Below, one piece after another: positions 42,100-51,262 of a stretch of 64,000 nucleotides of DNA; the first letter of the stretch is position 1, and each line of letters opens with the position of its first letter. Location of the stretch: positions 6,019 through 70,018 of the forward strand of contig JBAZVG010000001.1 in the NCBI GenBank assembly GCA_041661005.1. Direction: 5' to 3'. Source of the stretch: Minisyncoccota bacterium. Its GTDB lineage: Bacteria; Patescibacteriota; Minisyncoccia; Phycocordibacterales; UBA9973. The notes under the pieces were generated by a model. That model searched no databases. It saw only the letters and a list, made by a program, of their open reading frames with translations, and was not told where the DNA came from. The translations under genes were made by a program, and so were the position numbers.

Positions 42100-42915
42100 A
42101 TGCAAATTCAAGAAATAAAAAAAAACGCTATTCACTCCCGCAAACCAATTTTGTTATTTTGGCTATCTATCATTGTTGCAGTCGGACTTTTGAGTCCTAT
42201 AACAGAAATAAATGCGCAGGCGTCGAGGAAGGCACCGTGTTTTATCCCCAATGGGGACGGGACAGGCGGTAGAGTTTTAACGATGAATCGACAGGAATGC
42301 GAATCGTTTTTTGGAACATTTGATGCCACTTCGGCTCCAGCACGGGAGATAAGGGGTGAAAATCCTAGCGATATTGACTGCATTCTCTATGACGCGGATG
42401 GGGTATCAAATCCTAGAATTGTAAGGATGACTCGAATTGTATGTGAATCCTATCATGGAACACCTAGTGCAGCGAATCTTGGCACGGGTCAACCTGCCAC
42501 TGGTACTAATGTTAATTCGGCTCCAGTTGTCGCTCCCACTCAGTCTGTTACTGTATTTTCTTTTGCAGAGATAGACACGGATAAACCAGATGTTGAGGGA
42601 GGCTTGGTGCCCTGTGGTCATCCGGATGCTCAAGGTAATATAACTAACCCCTGTAGTTTCAAGGATGCTCTAACTCTCATAAACACCATAATAAAGTTTA
42701 TTCTTTTTGATTTAGCGATTCCGATTGCCGCCGTGATGTTCGCTTATGCGGGTTTTAAACTGGTAACTTCCGGAGGTAGCTCTGAGGCTAGGGGGCAGGC
42801 GAAAAATATTTTCTCCAACGCAGTTTTTGGGCTGGTGATTGCCGCTGGCGCTTGGCTCATTATCAGGACGATATTATCAGTTTTGGGTTATCAAGGGGCT
42901 TGGATTGGATTTTAA
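42100..42915 (+). CDS. VirB2/TrbC-like pilin with Cys-paired N-terminal domain
   Basis: GLVPC...C, AGFKLVTSGG..AK.IFSNAVFG two-TM pilin core. Confidence 0.8.
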   Translation: MQIQEIKKNAIHSRKPILLFWLSIIVAVGLLSPITEINAQASRKAPCFIPNGDGTGGRVLTMNRQECESFFGTFDATSAPAREIRGENPSDIDCILYDADGVSNPRIVRMTRIVCESYHGTPSAANLGTGQPATGTNVNSAPVVAPTQSVTVFSFAEIDTDKPDVEGGLVPCGHPDAQGNITNPCSFKDALTLINTIIKFILFDLAIPIAAVMFAYAGFKLVTSGGSSEARGQAKNIFSNAVFGLVIAAGAWLIIRTILSVLGYQGAWIGF

Positions 42916-43380
42916 TGTGGTGTATAATACCGTTGTGAATTTTTTAATTTTATGAGGAGAAATTTTAACAAACCAATTTTGTTATTTTGGCTATCTATCA
43001 TTGTTGCAGTCGGACTTTTGAGTCCTATAACAGAAATAAATGCGCAGGCGTCGAGGAAGGCACCGTGTTTTATCCCCAATGGGGACGGGACAGGCGGTAG
43101 AGTTTTAACGATGAATCGACAGGAATGCGAATCGTTTTTTGGAACATTTGATGCCACTTCGGCTCCAGCACGGGAGATAAGGGGTGAAAATCCTAGCGAT
43201 ATTGACTGCATTCTCTATGACGCGGATGGGGTATCAAATCCCAGAATTGTAAGGATGACTCGAATTGTATGTGAATCCTATCATGGAACACCTAGTGCAG
43301 CGAATCTTGGCACGGGTCAACCTGCCACCAGTACTAATATTAATTCGTCTCCAGTTGTCGCTCCCACTCAGTCTGTTACT
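42141..43380 (+). repeat. 412 bp near-identical direct repeat (42141-42552 and 42969-43380)
   Basis: Offset 828; about 5 mismatches by eye, all toward the 3' end. Confidence 0.93.
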
Positions 43381-43686
43381 TATGATTCATCTCCATGTAT
43401 TGGCAAGATCTGCAACCCTCTGGGTACTAAAGGGGTAGCCAGTATCCCAGCTTTCATTCAAAAACTTTTAGAAGGCGTCTTGCAGATTGGCATACCCATC
43501 GTGGCGCTCGCTATCATTTATTGTGGTTTCCTGTTTGTGGCGGCTCGGGGTAATTCGGAAAAATTAGGCAAAGCCAAAGATGCCCTGCTCTATACCCTGA
43601 TCGGCGCGGCGATACTTTTGGGGTCGTGGGCTATTGCGCAGATGATATCCGCTACTGTCACTGGACTTGGGGCTGGAGTAGTATAA
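42952..43686 (+). CDS. VirB2/TrbC-like pilin sharing its N-terminal domain with the upstream gene
   Basis: ICNPL...GFLFVAARGN..KLGKAK...LIG. Confidence 0.8.
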   Translation: MRRNFNKPILLFWLSIIVAVGLLSPITEINAQASRKAPCFIPNGDGTGGRVLTMNRQECESFFGTFDATSAPAREIRGENPSDIDCILYDADGVSNPRIVRMTRIVCESYHGTPSAANLGTGQPATSTNINSSPVVAPTQSVTYDSSPCIGKICNPLGTKGVASIPAFIQKLLEGVLQIGIPIVALAIIYCGFLFVAARGNSEKLGKAKDALLYTLIGAAILLGSWAIAQMISATVTGLGAGVV

Positions 43687-43709
43687 TTTTTATTATAGAT
43701 TAAAATAAT

Positions 43710-44159
43710 ATGAAAAAAATCTTACCATATCTTCTGATGCTGACTATCCTTGTGGGACTTCTTAGTCCAGTAACGGTGACGCGTGGAGCTGATGTTTTTG
43801 ATCCTACTAATAGATCTAATACAGTTAATGTGTCAGAATCGTCAACTTCGTCCACTTTTGTGACTTGTAGGTTGGATAATAAACCAAAACTTCAGCATCT
43901 TTTAAATTACGCCACTTGCATCATAAATACGTCGGTGATTCCTTTGATTTTTGCTTTGGCGATTGTGATGTTTGTCTGGGGAGTGGTGCAGTTTGTGATA
44001 AATAGCGACGACGAAGCAAAAAAGACTAAAGGCAAGATGTTTATGATTTGGGGCATCGTCGCTTTGACGGTGATGGTTTCGGTTTGGGGCTTGGTGGCGA
44101 TACTGGGAAATACTTTCGGCGTTAATACCGGCATTATTCCACAGGTCAAGTCCCCATAG
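43710..44159 (+). CDS. VirB2-like pilin
   Basis: FVWGVVQFV...KGKMFMIWGIVALTVMVSVWGLV. Confidence 0.82.
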   Translation: MKKILPYLLMLTILVGLLSPVTVTRGADVFDPTNRSNTVNVSESSTSSTFVTCRLDNKPKLQHLLNYATCIINTSVIPLIFALAIVMFVWGVVQFVINSDDEAKKTKGKMFMIWGIVALTVMVSVWGLVAILGNTFGVNTGIIPQVKSP

Positions 44160-44162
44160 TTG

Positions 44163-44335
44163 CCCCGTAGTGAATTTTGGCGAGGCGCAAAGCGCAAGTT
44201 ATAAACATCGCCAAAATCTACTACGGGGTTGCTTTGTTTTATTTATGTTTGTGGTACCCCGTAGTGAATTTTGGCAACATGTTTTAGATTGGTTAGTTTT
44301 AAACAAACTAACCTTGCCAAAATCTACTACGGGGT
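44163..44335. repeat. Two copies of the cccgtagtgaattttgg...ccaaaatctactacggg element
   Basis: 44163-44228 and 44256-44335; conserved arms, different loops. Confidence 0.88.
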
Positions 44336-44386
44336 GGTATTATTAAGGAATATTATTAATATTATTATTTAGAGTCGTAAAAAATT

Positions 44387-44794
44387 ATGAAAAAGAAATT
44401 AGTTGTTTTGTCAGGTTTTGTTTTAGGTTTGGCTCCGGTTGTAGCGTTGGCGCAAATTAATCTTGGTGGTGGTCCTACCGGAAGTTGCGTTCTTGGTAAT
44501 GGAGGTACAATTTTTGGTATATTTTGCCGAGTTGGGCAGATTCTTAATTCCATTGTGCCCATATTGATTGCCCTAGGAATTGTTTACTTTGTTTGGGGAG
44601 TCATTTCTTATGTAATCGGTGGCGACGAAGAAGCAAAGAAGAAAGGAAGAGACAAAATAATCTATGGCATTATTGGTTTAGCTGTTATTGTTGCGGTCTG
44701 GGGGCTTGTGGGAATTTTAACTAGAACCTTTGGTGTTAATAATACATTTCAAGGAAATATTCCAACTATTCCTGTTCCCAATCAAGTTAATTAG
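44387..44794 (+). CDS. VirB2-like pilin
   Basis: FVWGVISYV...KGRDKIIYGIIGLAVIVAVWGLV. Confidence 0.82.
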   Translation: MKKKLVVLSGFVLGLAPVVALAQINLGGGPTGSCVLGNGGTIFGIFCRVGQILNSIVPILIALGIVYFVWGVISYVIGGDEEAKKKGRDKIIYGIIGLAVIVAVWGLVGILTRTFGVNNTFQGNIPTIPVPNQVN

Positions 44795-44810
44795 TATCAT
44801 TTCTAATGAT

Positions 44811-45140
44811 ATGGATATATTCTCCACCAATGTGGCTTATGCGGATGGGCGTTTTGACAAGTTTTTGACGAATGTCAACACAGAAATCATCAATCCACTC
44901 ATACTGTTCCTTTTTGCTCTCGCGATGGTGTTTTTCCTCTACGGCGTGTTTGAGTTTATTGCAAATGGCGCCAATGATGAGAAAAAGACAACTGGGAAAA
45001 GTCACATGATTTGGGGTGTTGTCGGGCTTACCATTATGATGGGGGTTTGGGCGATTCTTAATATTATTTTGAGTACGTTTGATATTCCAAAAAGTCAGAT
45101 AAACCCAGAACAGGGAACTGTGACTTTGCCACCAAAATAG
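44811..45140 (+). CDS. VirB2-like pilin (start likely MDIFSTNVAYA)
   Basis: IINP...FLYGVFEFI...GKSHMIWGVVGL. Confidence 0.8.
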   Translation: MDIFSTNVAYADGRFDKFLTNVNTEIINPLILFLFALAMVFFLYGVFEFIANGANDEKKTTGKSHMIWGVVGLTIMMGVWAILNIILSTFDIPKSQINPEQGTVTLPPK

Positions 45141-45156
45141 TAGAAAGATTCTATAG

Positions 45157-45194
45157 AAACAAAAAGGCGATTCAGAACGAATCGCCTTTTTGTT
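45157..45194. terminator. Bidirectional terminator
   Basis: aaacaaaaaggcgattc-agaac-gaatcgcctttttgtt. Confidence 0.85.
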
Positions 45195-45211
45195 TTGTTA
45201 CTAGATTAACT

Positions 45212-45943
45212 TTAGTCGTGTTTCAACGGAGCTGTGTGATATTTTTCACCCATGCCATAAACTTTCCTAACCAAGATGACTATCACGAGAATCAGTATCG
45301 CAAAGAATATCCATTGAACCAAACCAGAAGGGTGTACACCGTTTGATCCAAAAATAGCGTTGGATGCGAGATTGTTGAAATTTTCTGTTTCACTTCCAGA
45401 TGGAATCGTGTCAACAAAATTCGTACCGGTGTCGTTTGCTTTGTTGTTATTTGACGTGGTTTTAGAAGAGGCAACGGAGTTACTTACTTTTATGGTGAAA
45501 AAAACTGCATTGGAATGTCCTCCTCCCGGAGCGCTGTTAAAAACGGTGATGAAGAATCCGCCATTGTTCAGGTATTTATAAGTGTCCTCTCCGGTTATTT
45601 GGATCAAGAGACGAGAGCTATCGATAAAAGTAGTTGGTCGGTTTGAGCCGTTTATTCTGACAACGGAATTTGAGACAAAACCTTTTCCAGTTATGGTTAT
45701 GGTTTTTGTGCCTATGCCGATATTACTAGAGCTTGGATTCACAGAAACAATAATCGGTGTCGGGTTATAGGATGGTGCATTATCTGTTTCTGCCGATTTT
45801 CTCAAGTCTATATAGCCATTATAATAGTTGGGGTAAGGTGCTTCAGAACTTACTTTTATGGGCATAACAGCAAGTCCAAAAATTGAAACAAGAAACAAAG
45901 CAGGAAATACATAACTTATTGAGTTTTTATTTATATTTTTCAT
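45212..45943 (-). CDS. Surface protein with IPT/TIG domain and C-terminal TM
   Basis: PIIVSVNPSS...ITITGKGF...PGGG.SN. Confidence 0.8.
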   Translation of the reverse strand: MKNINKNSISYVFPALFLVSIFGLAVMPIKVSSEAPYPNYYNGYIDLRKSAETDNAPSYNPTPIIVSVNPSSSNIGIGTKTITITGKGFVSNSVVRINGSNRPTTFIDSSRLLIQITGEDTYKYLNNGGFFITVFNSAPGGGHSNAVFFTIKVSNSVASSKTTSNNNKANDTGTNFVDTIPSGSETENFNNLASNAIFGSNGVHPSGLVQWIFFAILILVIVILVRKVYGMGEKYHTAPLKHD

Positions 45944-46049
45944 ACTATTATAGTATAGCATATTCAGGTTCAAAAGTCAATAGCACATGACCCGCATTTA
46001 ACCTGTTAGTAGACAGATCGAGAGAGTTAATTTTACACTCAATCAGATC

Positions 46050-46436
46050 TTAGTAAGGATATGAATAGGAATAGCTTGGGTATGAATAGTTTCCATAATA
46101 ACCGTAGTCATAACTTTCGTAAGGCATGTAAATGTAGTTATTTCCATAGTAATATGAAGGGGCGGAATAAGTAGAATAATAAGAGCTACCACAGCTATAA
46201 CCACATCCATAATCGTAGTTATTATAATCATAGCCGTAATTACTGCCTATGTAATAGGATGAGGGTTGAGAGTAAGAATAATAAGATGATCCGTTGCAAG
46301 CAAATCCGCAATTATAACCATTGTAATAACCATTAGAAATATATTTATTGTTGTAATAACTATTATTGTGCTTGGCATAAACAGGAACAGCCACAAAAGA
46401 CACTATTATTATGACTATACTAAGAAATTTTTTCAT
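46050..46436 (-). CDS. Secreted Tyr/Gly/Ser-rich low-complexity protein
   Basis: Signal peptide ending PVYA; repeated YYG/SYY; two CGxxC motifs. Confidence 0.7.
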   Translation of the reverse strand: MKKFLSIVIIIVSFVAVPVYAKHNNSYYNNKYISNGYYNGYNCGFACNGSSYYSYSQPSSYYIGSNYGYDYNNYDYGCGYSCGSSYYSTYSAPSYYYGNNYIYMPYESYDYGYYGNYSYPSYSYSYPY

Positions 46437-46527
46437 ATGAATATGCTAACATTTTTAAATTTAAAAGTCAATGGCCCCGTGCAACAAGTTGCGCCGGGGC
46501 CATAGAGATGATTTGAGCTGCTTGGTT

Positions 46528-47262
46528 TTACCAAGCCCCTACCACTCTGGTAGGGTTAGGGTCGCATATGTACCCATTGTAGGGTTGCCCGAAGACAACC
46601 CTACCGCCCCAATGTGGGTACACCACTACGGGTGGCGGTGGCGGTGTCGTCCAGTATACCACTGGAGGCGGGCAGGCTGGTGGTGGCATGACTACCACAG
46701 GTTGCGGGGGGCAGACCATCGTTGGTTGTGCGGTCTGTGTGACCGCGACGCTGTTCGTCGCCGTCGCCGAAGCTTGCGCGCTGCCGGCCACGTTGTTGAT
46801 GATGATCGGTGCCGGCGCTGGCAGGTACACCACCGTGTTGGTAATCCAGTTGGTGACTACGGTCGTCGGGGGTGAAGGGGGTGTCGTCGGCAGAGGGGTT
46901 GTAGATGGGAAGAGGTTTTTCAACCTTTCAAAATACGACACCCTTCCGGCTTCATGACCGTTTCTCTGTCCCTGGAGGTAAAGGAACCTGCCCATCGCTG
47001 GGCTAAGGCCTTGAAAGTGGGTCTCCAGGACATTCGTCCCGGACATTCTCACCTCCACGGCTTCGAGTTCCTCCCCCTTGGGGAGAATCTTGACTATTTC
47101 CGGTTCCGCTGGTTTGGTGTCGGCAGCCCTGGAGGAGGATACGCAGGATGTGAGCCCCCATACTAGCAGGCCCAACAATCCCAGTGTTCCAACTGCCAAA
47201 CCGATTTTGGTCTTTCCACCGAGACTGTTGAAGGTGGTGGGGGTAGGAGGGGTATCGTTCAT
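46528..47262 (-). CDS. GC-rich gene for a Pro/Thr-rich membrane or lipoprotein-like protein
   Basis: TM followed by LTSC; PPP-rich C-terminus; start likely MNDTPP. Confidence 0.55.
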   Translation of the reverse strand: MNDTPPTPTTFNSLGGKTKIGLAVGTLGLLGLLVWGLTSCVSSSRAADTKPAEPEIVKILPKGEELEAVEVRMSGTNVLETHFQGLSPAMGRFLYLQGQRNGHEAGRVSYFERLKNLFPSTTPLPTTPPSPPTTVVTNWITNTVVYLPAPAPIIINNVAGSAQASATATNSVAVTQTAQPTMVCPPQPVVVMPPPACPPPVVYWTTPPPPPVVVYPHWGGRVVFGQPYNGYICDPNPTRVVGAW

Positions 47263-47474
47263 AGTTTGTTTCGTTGTTTGTTTGTTGTTTCCTGCAAGTT
47301 TGTCCTGCAAGACAGCAACCGAGAAAAGTTTATTTTCTAAGCTATTGTCTTGCAAGAAAACATGGGCAAGAAAAACATTATGTAAAAGAACAGCTACTAC
47401 TCTATACTTTGGTAGTATAGCATATTAGAGTCCTATTGTCAAGCGTAGATTTATCTTGAAAATATCTATATTTT

Positions 47475-47733
47475 GTGGGCGAGGGGAGACTTGGTCAGGC
47501 ATAATTTTCTGCTGAAAATTTGCACGACCCTGCCTCTTCCGACCTAAAGTCGGAGTCCGGCTTTCTCGTCCTAAAATACTTCGTATTTTACCTCGTGGGC
47601 GAGGGGAGACTTGGTCAGGCATAATTTTCTGCTGAAAATTTGCACGACCCTGCCTCTTCCGACCTAAAGTCGGAGTCCGGCTTTCTCGTCCTAAAATACT
47701 TCGTATTTTACCTCGTGGGCGAGGGGAGACTTG
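47475..47733 (-). repeat. Two identical 120 bp units, each carrying the 19 bp 3' end of tRNA-Leu(TAG)
   Basis: gtgggcgaggggagacttg at 47475, 47595 and 47715. Confidence 0.92.
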
Positions 47734-47797
47734 AACTCCCACGGCTTGCGCCACCAGTTCCTAAGACTGGCGTGTTTACCAATTACACCACTCGCCC
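47716..47797 (-). tRNA. tRNA-Leu(TAG)
   Basis: ccagt-ctTAGga-actgg, variable arm. Confidence 0.95.
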
Positions 47798-47831
47798 AAA
47801 ACTTATTTGACTAGGTCTTGCCTAGTCACTG

Positions 47832-47904
47832 TGCGTCCAGAAGGGATCGAACCTTCGACCTTATCCTTAAGAGGGATCTGCTCTACCAGCTGAGCTATGG
47901 ACGC
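47832..47904 (-). tRNA. tRNA-Lys(CTT)
   Basis: GCGTCCA/TGGACGC; loop ctCTTaa. Confidence 0.93.
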
Positions 47905-47953
47905 AAATTATTTATTTTCTAACTAAAAATTTTTATTTAAAATAAAAATTTTG

Positions 47954-48035
47954 TGCCCGGAGTGGGAGTCGAACCCACATCCCTTACGAGACACCATTTT
48001 AAGTGGTGCGCGTATACCAATTCCGCCATCCGGGC
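47954..48035 (-). tRNA. tRNA-Leu(TAA)
   Basis: cacca-ctTAAaa-tggtg. Confidence 0.95.
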
Positions 48036-48046
48036 AATCTACAAAA

Positions 48047-48562
48047 TTAACTTTTTATGAAAAGATTATTTCTATCCTTCATCTTATTATGCTGTTTTGT
48101 ATTTCTTCCTCGATGTGTTGTTTGTAGACTGTGACAATTTGGACACAGAATTCTTAAGTTTTCTAATCTGTTGTCATGCCTATCTCCATTGATGTGATCT
48201 AACTCCAGGGGTACTCTACCATCAATCGACATTTTAGCCCAACTACACTCTTCACATTTAGGTTCCTTTAGTTTAACTAAAAAAAGTCTTTTTTTCAACT
48301 TAAAGCTTTGATAGGTACTATTTTTCACTAAAATATCTTTTAAAGCTATGACTGGTATAAATGGCCTTTTTAATCCTTTATTCCAGAGCATTCCTGTAAA
48401 ATGTTTTGTAGATATTTTATATTCTCTTATATATTTTTTTACTTGATCATAATTTCCACCTGCGGGCACTAATCCTAAAATTTTTATTACGTTTCTGTAA
48501 CTTTTAGAATCTTTAACTGCATTTTTTAATTGCTCTTCCGACCAACTTCTTTTTTTAGGCAT
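48047..48562 (-). CDS. Free-standing HNH endonuclease inside the tRNA cluster
   Basis: CEEC...LELDHINGDRHDNRLENLRILCPNCH. Confidence 0.92.
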   Translation of the reverse strand: MPKKRSWSEEQLKNAVKDSKSYRNVIKILGLVPAGGNYDQVKKYIREYKISTKHFTGMLWNKGLKRPFIPVIALKDILVKNSTYQSFKLKKRLFLVKLKEPKCEECSWAKMSIDGRVPLELDHINGDRHDNRLENLRILCPNCHSLQTTHRGRNTKQHNKMKDRNNLFIKS

Positions 48563-48634
48563 AAATTAAAAGGGCACACCGATAGTGTATCATACAATCG
48601 CTTGTATACCTAATAAAATTAGAAGTAATTAAAC

Positions 48635-48709
48635 TGGAGGCCTGGGGCGGAATTGAACCGCCGTATATTCCTTTTGCAGAGGAATGCCTTACCACTTGGC
48701 TACCAGGCC
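48635..48709 (-). tRNA. tRNA-Cys(GCA)
   Basis: ttcct-ctGCAaa-aggaa; U73 and CCA. Confidence 0.95.
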
Positions 48710-48742
48710 ATCGATACTTAATTAACTTCTTAAAGCCTCTGC

Positions 48743-48777
48743 GCAGAGGAATGCCTTGCTGTCTTGGCTACCAGGCC
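48743..48777 (-). pseudogene. Degenerate 5' half of tRNA-Cys
   Basis: ggcctggtagccaag-acagc-aaggcattcctctgc upstream of the intact gene. Confidence 0.75.
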
Positions 48778-48810
48778 GTTTTTAAACTATAACCTATAAC
48801 CTAGAAGCTA

Positions 48811-49134
48811 TCAACTGTTCCGTAGCAGTTCGTCAATTTTTTGTCTGTGTTTTTCTCCGAGGTCGATGGCGATGTCGACGAATGGAATATTTTTTGTGGT
48901 CATTCTTTTCTTGAAAAATTCCCGCAATTCCGGCCTTTTGCGTTTAGCAAATTCCAATGCTGTTTTCTCTTTATCAGTAGGGAACACGGTGATGAATACG
49001 GTTGCGCGTTTCAAATCTGGGGAACAAGTCGCAGAGGTTACCGTAACGAGCGAAGTTCTGTTATTCTCTCGACCCAAAAACTCTGCTGTGAGTTCTTTTA
49101 AATGGTTTGCAACTTTTTCGTTTCTTTCACTCAT
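48811..49134 (-). CDS. rbfA: Ribosome-binding factor A
   Basis: VTVT...SPDLKRATVFI, downstream of infB. Confidence 0.9.
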   Translation of the reverse strand: MSERNEKVANHLKELTAEFLGRENNRTSLVTVTSATCSPDLKRATVFITVFPTDKEKTALEFAKRKRPELREFFKKRMTTKNIPFVDIAIDLGEKHRQKIDELLRNS

Positions 49135-49173
49135 AAAAATTTCAGAAAAGGAACTTTTTGAAAGATTTTCATA

Positions 49174-50694
49174 CTATTTTTGCGCTATGGAAAATAATTC
49201 TACAATGTCGCCTTGCGCAATTTCTATTTTTGATTCGATCATCATGCCGAATTCAAGTCCCTCTTCTACTGTGCTGGTTTTTACTTTATTCTTTTCCAGA
49301 TTTATAATTTTACCTCGCCCGATTTCAAATTCTCGGCGCATGATTTTGACTGTTCCATTCAAGAGCATGCATCCTTCGATCACTTTTCCGCCGACTATCT
49401 GGCGTTCTTTAGTCCGACTGAAGGCTCTGATGATTTTGGCTCGGCCTGTCGTTTCTACTGTTTCGATTCTTGGTCTTCTCTCTTCCATTTGTTCTTCGAG
49501 CCATTCTGTCATTTTGTAAATAATATCAAAAAAGGAAATAGTTATGCCTCTTTTTTGGGCGATCTCGAGGGCGCTTTTGTCGGCTTTTACGTTGAACCCT
49601 ATGACTATGCTATCGCCGCTAGTCGAGATATTCTTGATGTCGGATTCAGAGATCGGACCCACACCCTTTGCTATGATTTTAAATTCTGCGTTATCCATTC
49701 CGCTTTTGCTTTTTATTTTTGCTATTTCTTTTTCAATGGCTTCCAAAGAGCCGGACACATCCGCTTTGAGCAGTATCGGAATCATTTTTTTATTATGGTT
49801 TTGTTCGGAGTTTTCTATTCTGCAGTTTTGCAATTCACATGCCGAGTCTTTGCAATTTTCTGAATATTCGATTGCATCTTGCTTGTCGTCAAAAGCTATA
49901 AAACATCCCCCCACTTTTGGAATTTTATTAAAACCGCAAAGTTTTATCGGCGAGGAAAAAGATGCGCTGTTTATCGTTGTTCCTTTAAAATCTTGTATTG
50001 AGCGGGTGGAACAAACACTGTCTCCTACGGCAACCGTCATTCCTTTTTTTATTGTGCCATTTTTTATAATGAGTGTTGCCATGATGCCTCGTTTGCAGTT
50101 GAGGTTGGCTTCGATCACAAAACCCGAAGCGTTTTCTTCGGTGTTGCCGGTAAAATTTTCCATTTCGGCTAAAATCAAAATTAAAGATAACAGGCTGTCT
50201 ATCCCAACGCCAGTTTTAGCGGATATCTCCGCGTATGGAATTTTACCTCCGTAATTTTCCAAATAGATTTCATTTTCCGCCAATTCCTGTTTTGTTTTTT
50301 CAATGTTGGCGCCTGGTTTGTCTATTTTATTTATCGCAACTATCGAGGGGAGCTTCATCTCGGTAATTGTTTTCCATGCTTCGATCGTCTGTGGTTTTAC
50401 GCCGTCTTCAGCTGAAACGACCAAAATGGCAATGTCGGCGATGAGGGCTCCGCGTTCTCGCATTTTTGAAAAAGCCTCGTGTCCGGGCGTGTCCAAAAAG
50501 GTGATTTTTCTTTCTTTTCCTTCATCATCTTTATGTAGAACCTCATAAGCCGAAATATTTTGAGTAATTCCTCCGGCTTCATCGAGAGTGGTGTTTGTTT
50601 TTCTGATGTAATCAAGAAGGGTTGATTTTCCATGATCTATGTGTCCCATAACCACCACCACTGGTGGTCTTGTTGTATTTTTATTTTCTTGCAT
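49174..50694 (-). CDS. infB: Translation initiation factor IF-2 (no N-terminal domain)
   Basis: RPPVVVVMGHIDHGKSTL, DTPGHEAF, KADVSGSLEA. Confidence 0.97.
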   Translation of the reverse strand: MQENKNTTRPPVVVVMGHIDHGKSTLLDYIRKTNTTLDEAGGITQNISAYEVLHKDDEGKERKITFLDTPGHEAFSKMRERGALIADIAILVVSAEDGVKPQTIEAWKTITEMKLPSIVAINKIDKPGANIEKTKQELAENEIYLENYGGKIPYAEISAKTGVGIDSLLSLILILAEMENFTGNTEENASGFVIEANLNCKRGIMATLIIKNGTIKKGMTVAVGDSVCSTRSIQDFKGTTINSASFSSPIKLCGFNKIPKVGGCFIAFDDKQDAIEYSENCKDSACELQNCRIENSEQNHNKKMIPILLKADVSGSLEAIEKEIAKIKSKSGMDNAEFKIIAKGVGPISESDIKNISTSGDSIVIGFNVKADKSALEIAQKRGITISFFDIIYKMTEWLEEQMEERRPRIETVETTGRAKIIRAFSRTKERQIVGGKVIEGCMLLNGTVKIMRREFEIGRGKIINLEKNKVKTSTVEEGLEFGMMIESKIEIAQGDIVELFSIAQK

Positions 50695-50699
50695 ATTTT

Positions 50700-51158
50700 T
50701 TATTTTATTCTTGCTTTGTTCAAAGATTCTTGTTCTTCGATTGAAAGCTCATATTCTGATTTGTTGTTTTTTATAGGTTTAGCAAATACGCTCATTCGAT
50801 CACGAGAATACAAACTTGAAAGCACCACGCCATCGCCCTCTTCGTTTAACATCCCAATCGCAAAACTTTGATTGCTACCCTGGTCAGGAAAAGGATTGAA
50901 GCGGATGGTTTCAAGTCCGCGGATACTTTTTTTTATTTTCGCATTCATTACGGAAATGTTATTCTGCATGTCGGTCTGGGTTTTTTTTAAACTGATAATG
51001 TCATTTTCTATACTAAAGATAGTGTCTTCTAAATCTTTCGCTTTTTTACCTAGAAAGAATCTCTTTAGGCGCTTTTCTGTGACAAAAACCCAAACAGCTC
51101 CAATCAGCATGACAATGCCGGTAAAAACAAAAAAAGCGATTTCAAGCTTTGTATCCAT
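50700..51158 (-). CDS. DUF4446 family membrane protein
   Basis: TM, coiled coil, IRFNPF...GSNQSFAI...YSRD...FAKP. Confidence 0.85.
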   Translation of the reverse strand: MDTKLEIAFFVFTGIVMLIGAVWVFVTEKRLKRFFLGKKAKDLEDTIFSIENDIISLKKTQTDMQNNISVMNAKIKKSIRGLETIRFNPFPDQGSNQSFAIGMLNEEGDGVVLSSLYSRDRMSVFAKPIKNNKSEYELSIEEQESLNKARIK

Positions 51159-51170
51159 GTATAGATAATA

Positions 51171-51254
51171 TATACCCGGTAGTGAGCTTTAGCAAGGCAC
51201 AAAGAAAGCATGCTCGCAGAGCGAGCGATTGCTAAAGTCTACTAACCGGGTATA
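51171..51254. repeat. ccggtagtga...tctactaaccgg element upstream of iscS
   Basis: Same family as 52541-52620 and 44163-44335; right end supplies TATACT. Confidence 0.88.
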
Positions 51255-51262
51255 CTATTTCA

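Noticed and set aside
42141-43380. DGR template/variable repeat pair
   Set aside because: Too long, mismatches are not adenine-specific in one direction, and no reverse transcriptase is nearby
47475-47733. CRISPR array
   Set aside because: The 19 bp repeat is a tRNA 3' end, the intervening sequences are identical, and no cas genes are in the window
47425-47754. 109 aa ORF with an internal repeat
   Set aside because: Translation of the 120 bp tandem repeat and the tRNA
48866-50548. Long plus-strand ORFs opposite infB and rbfA
   Set aside because: Antisense shadows of well-supported genes, like most short overlapping ORFs in the track
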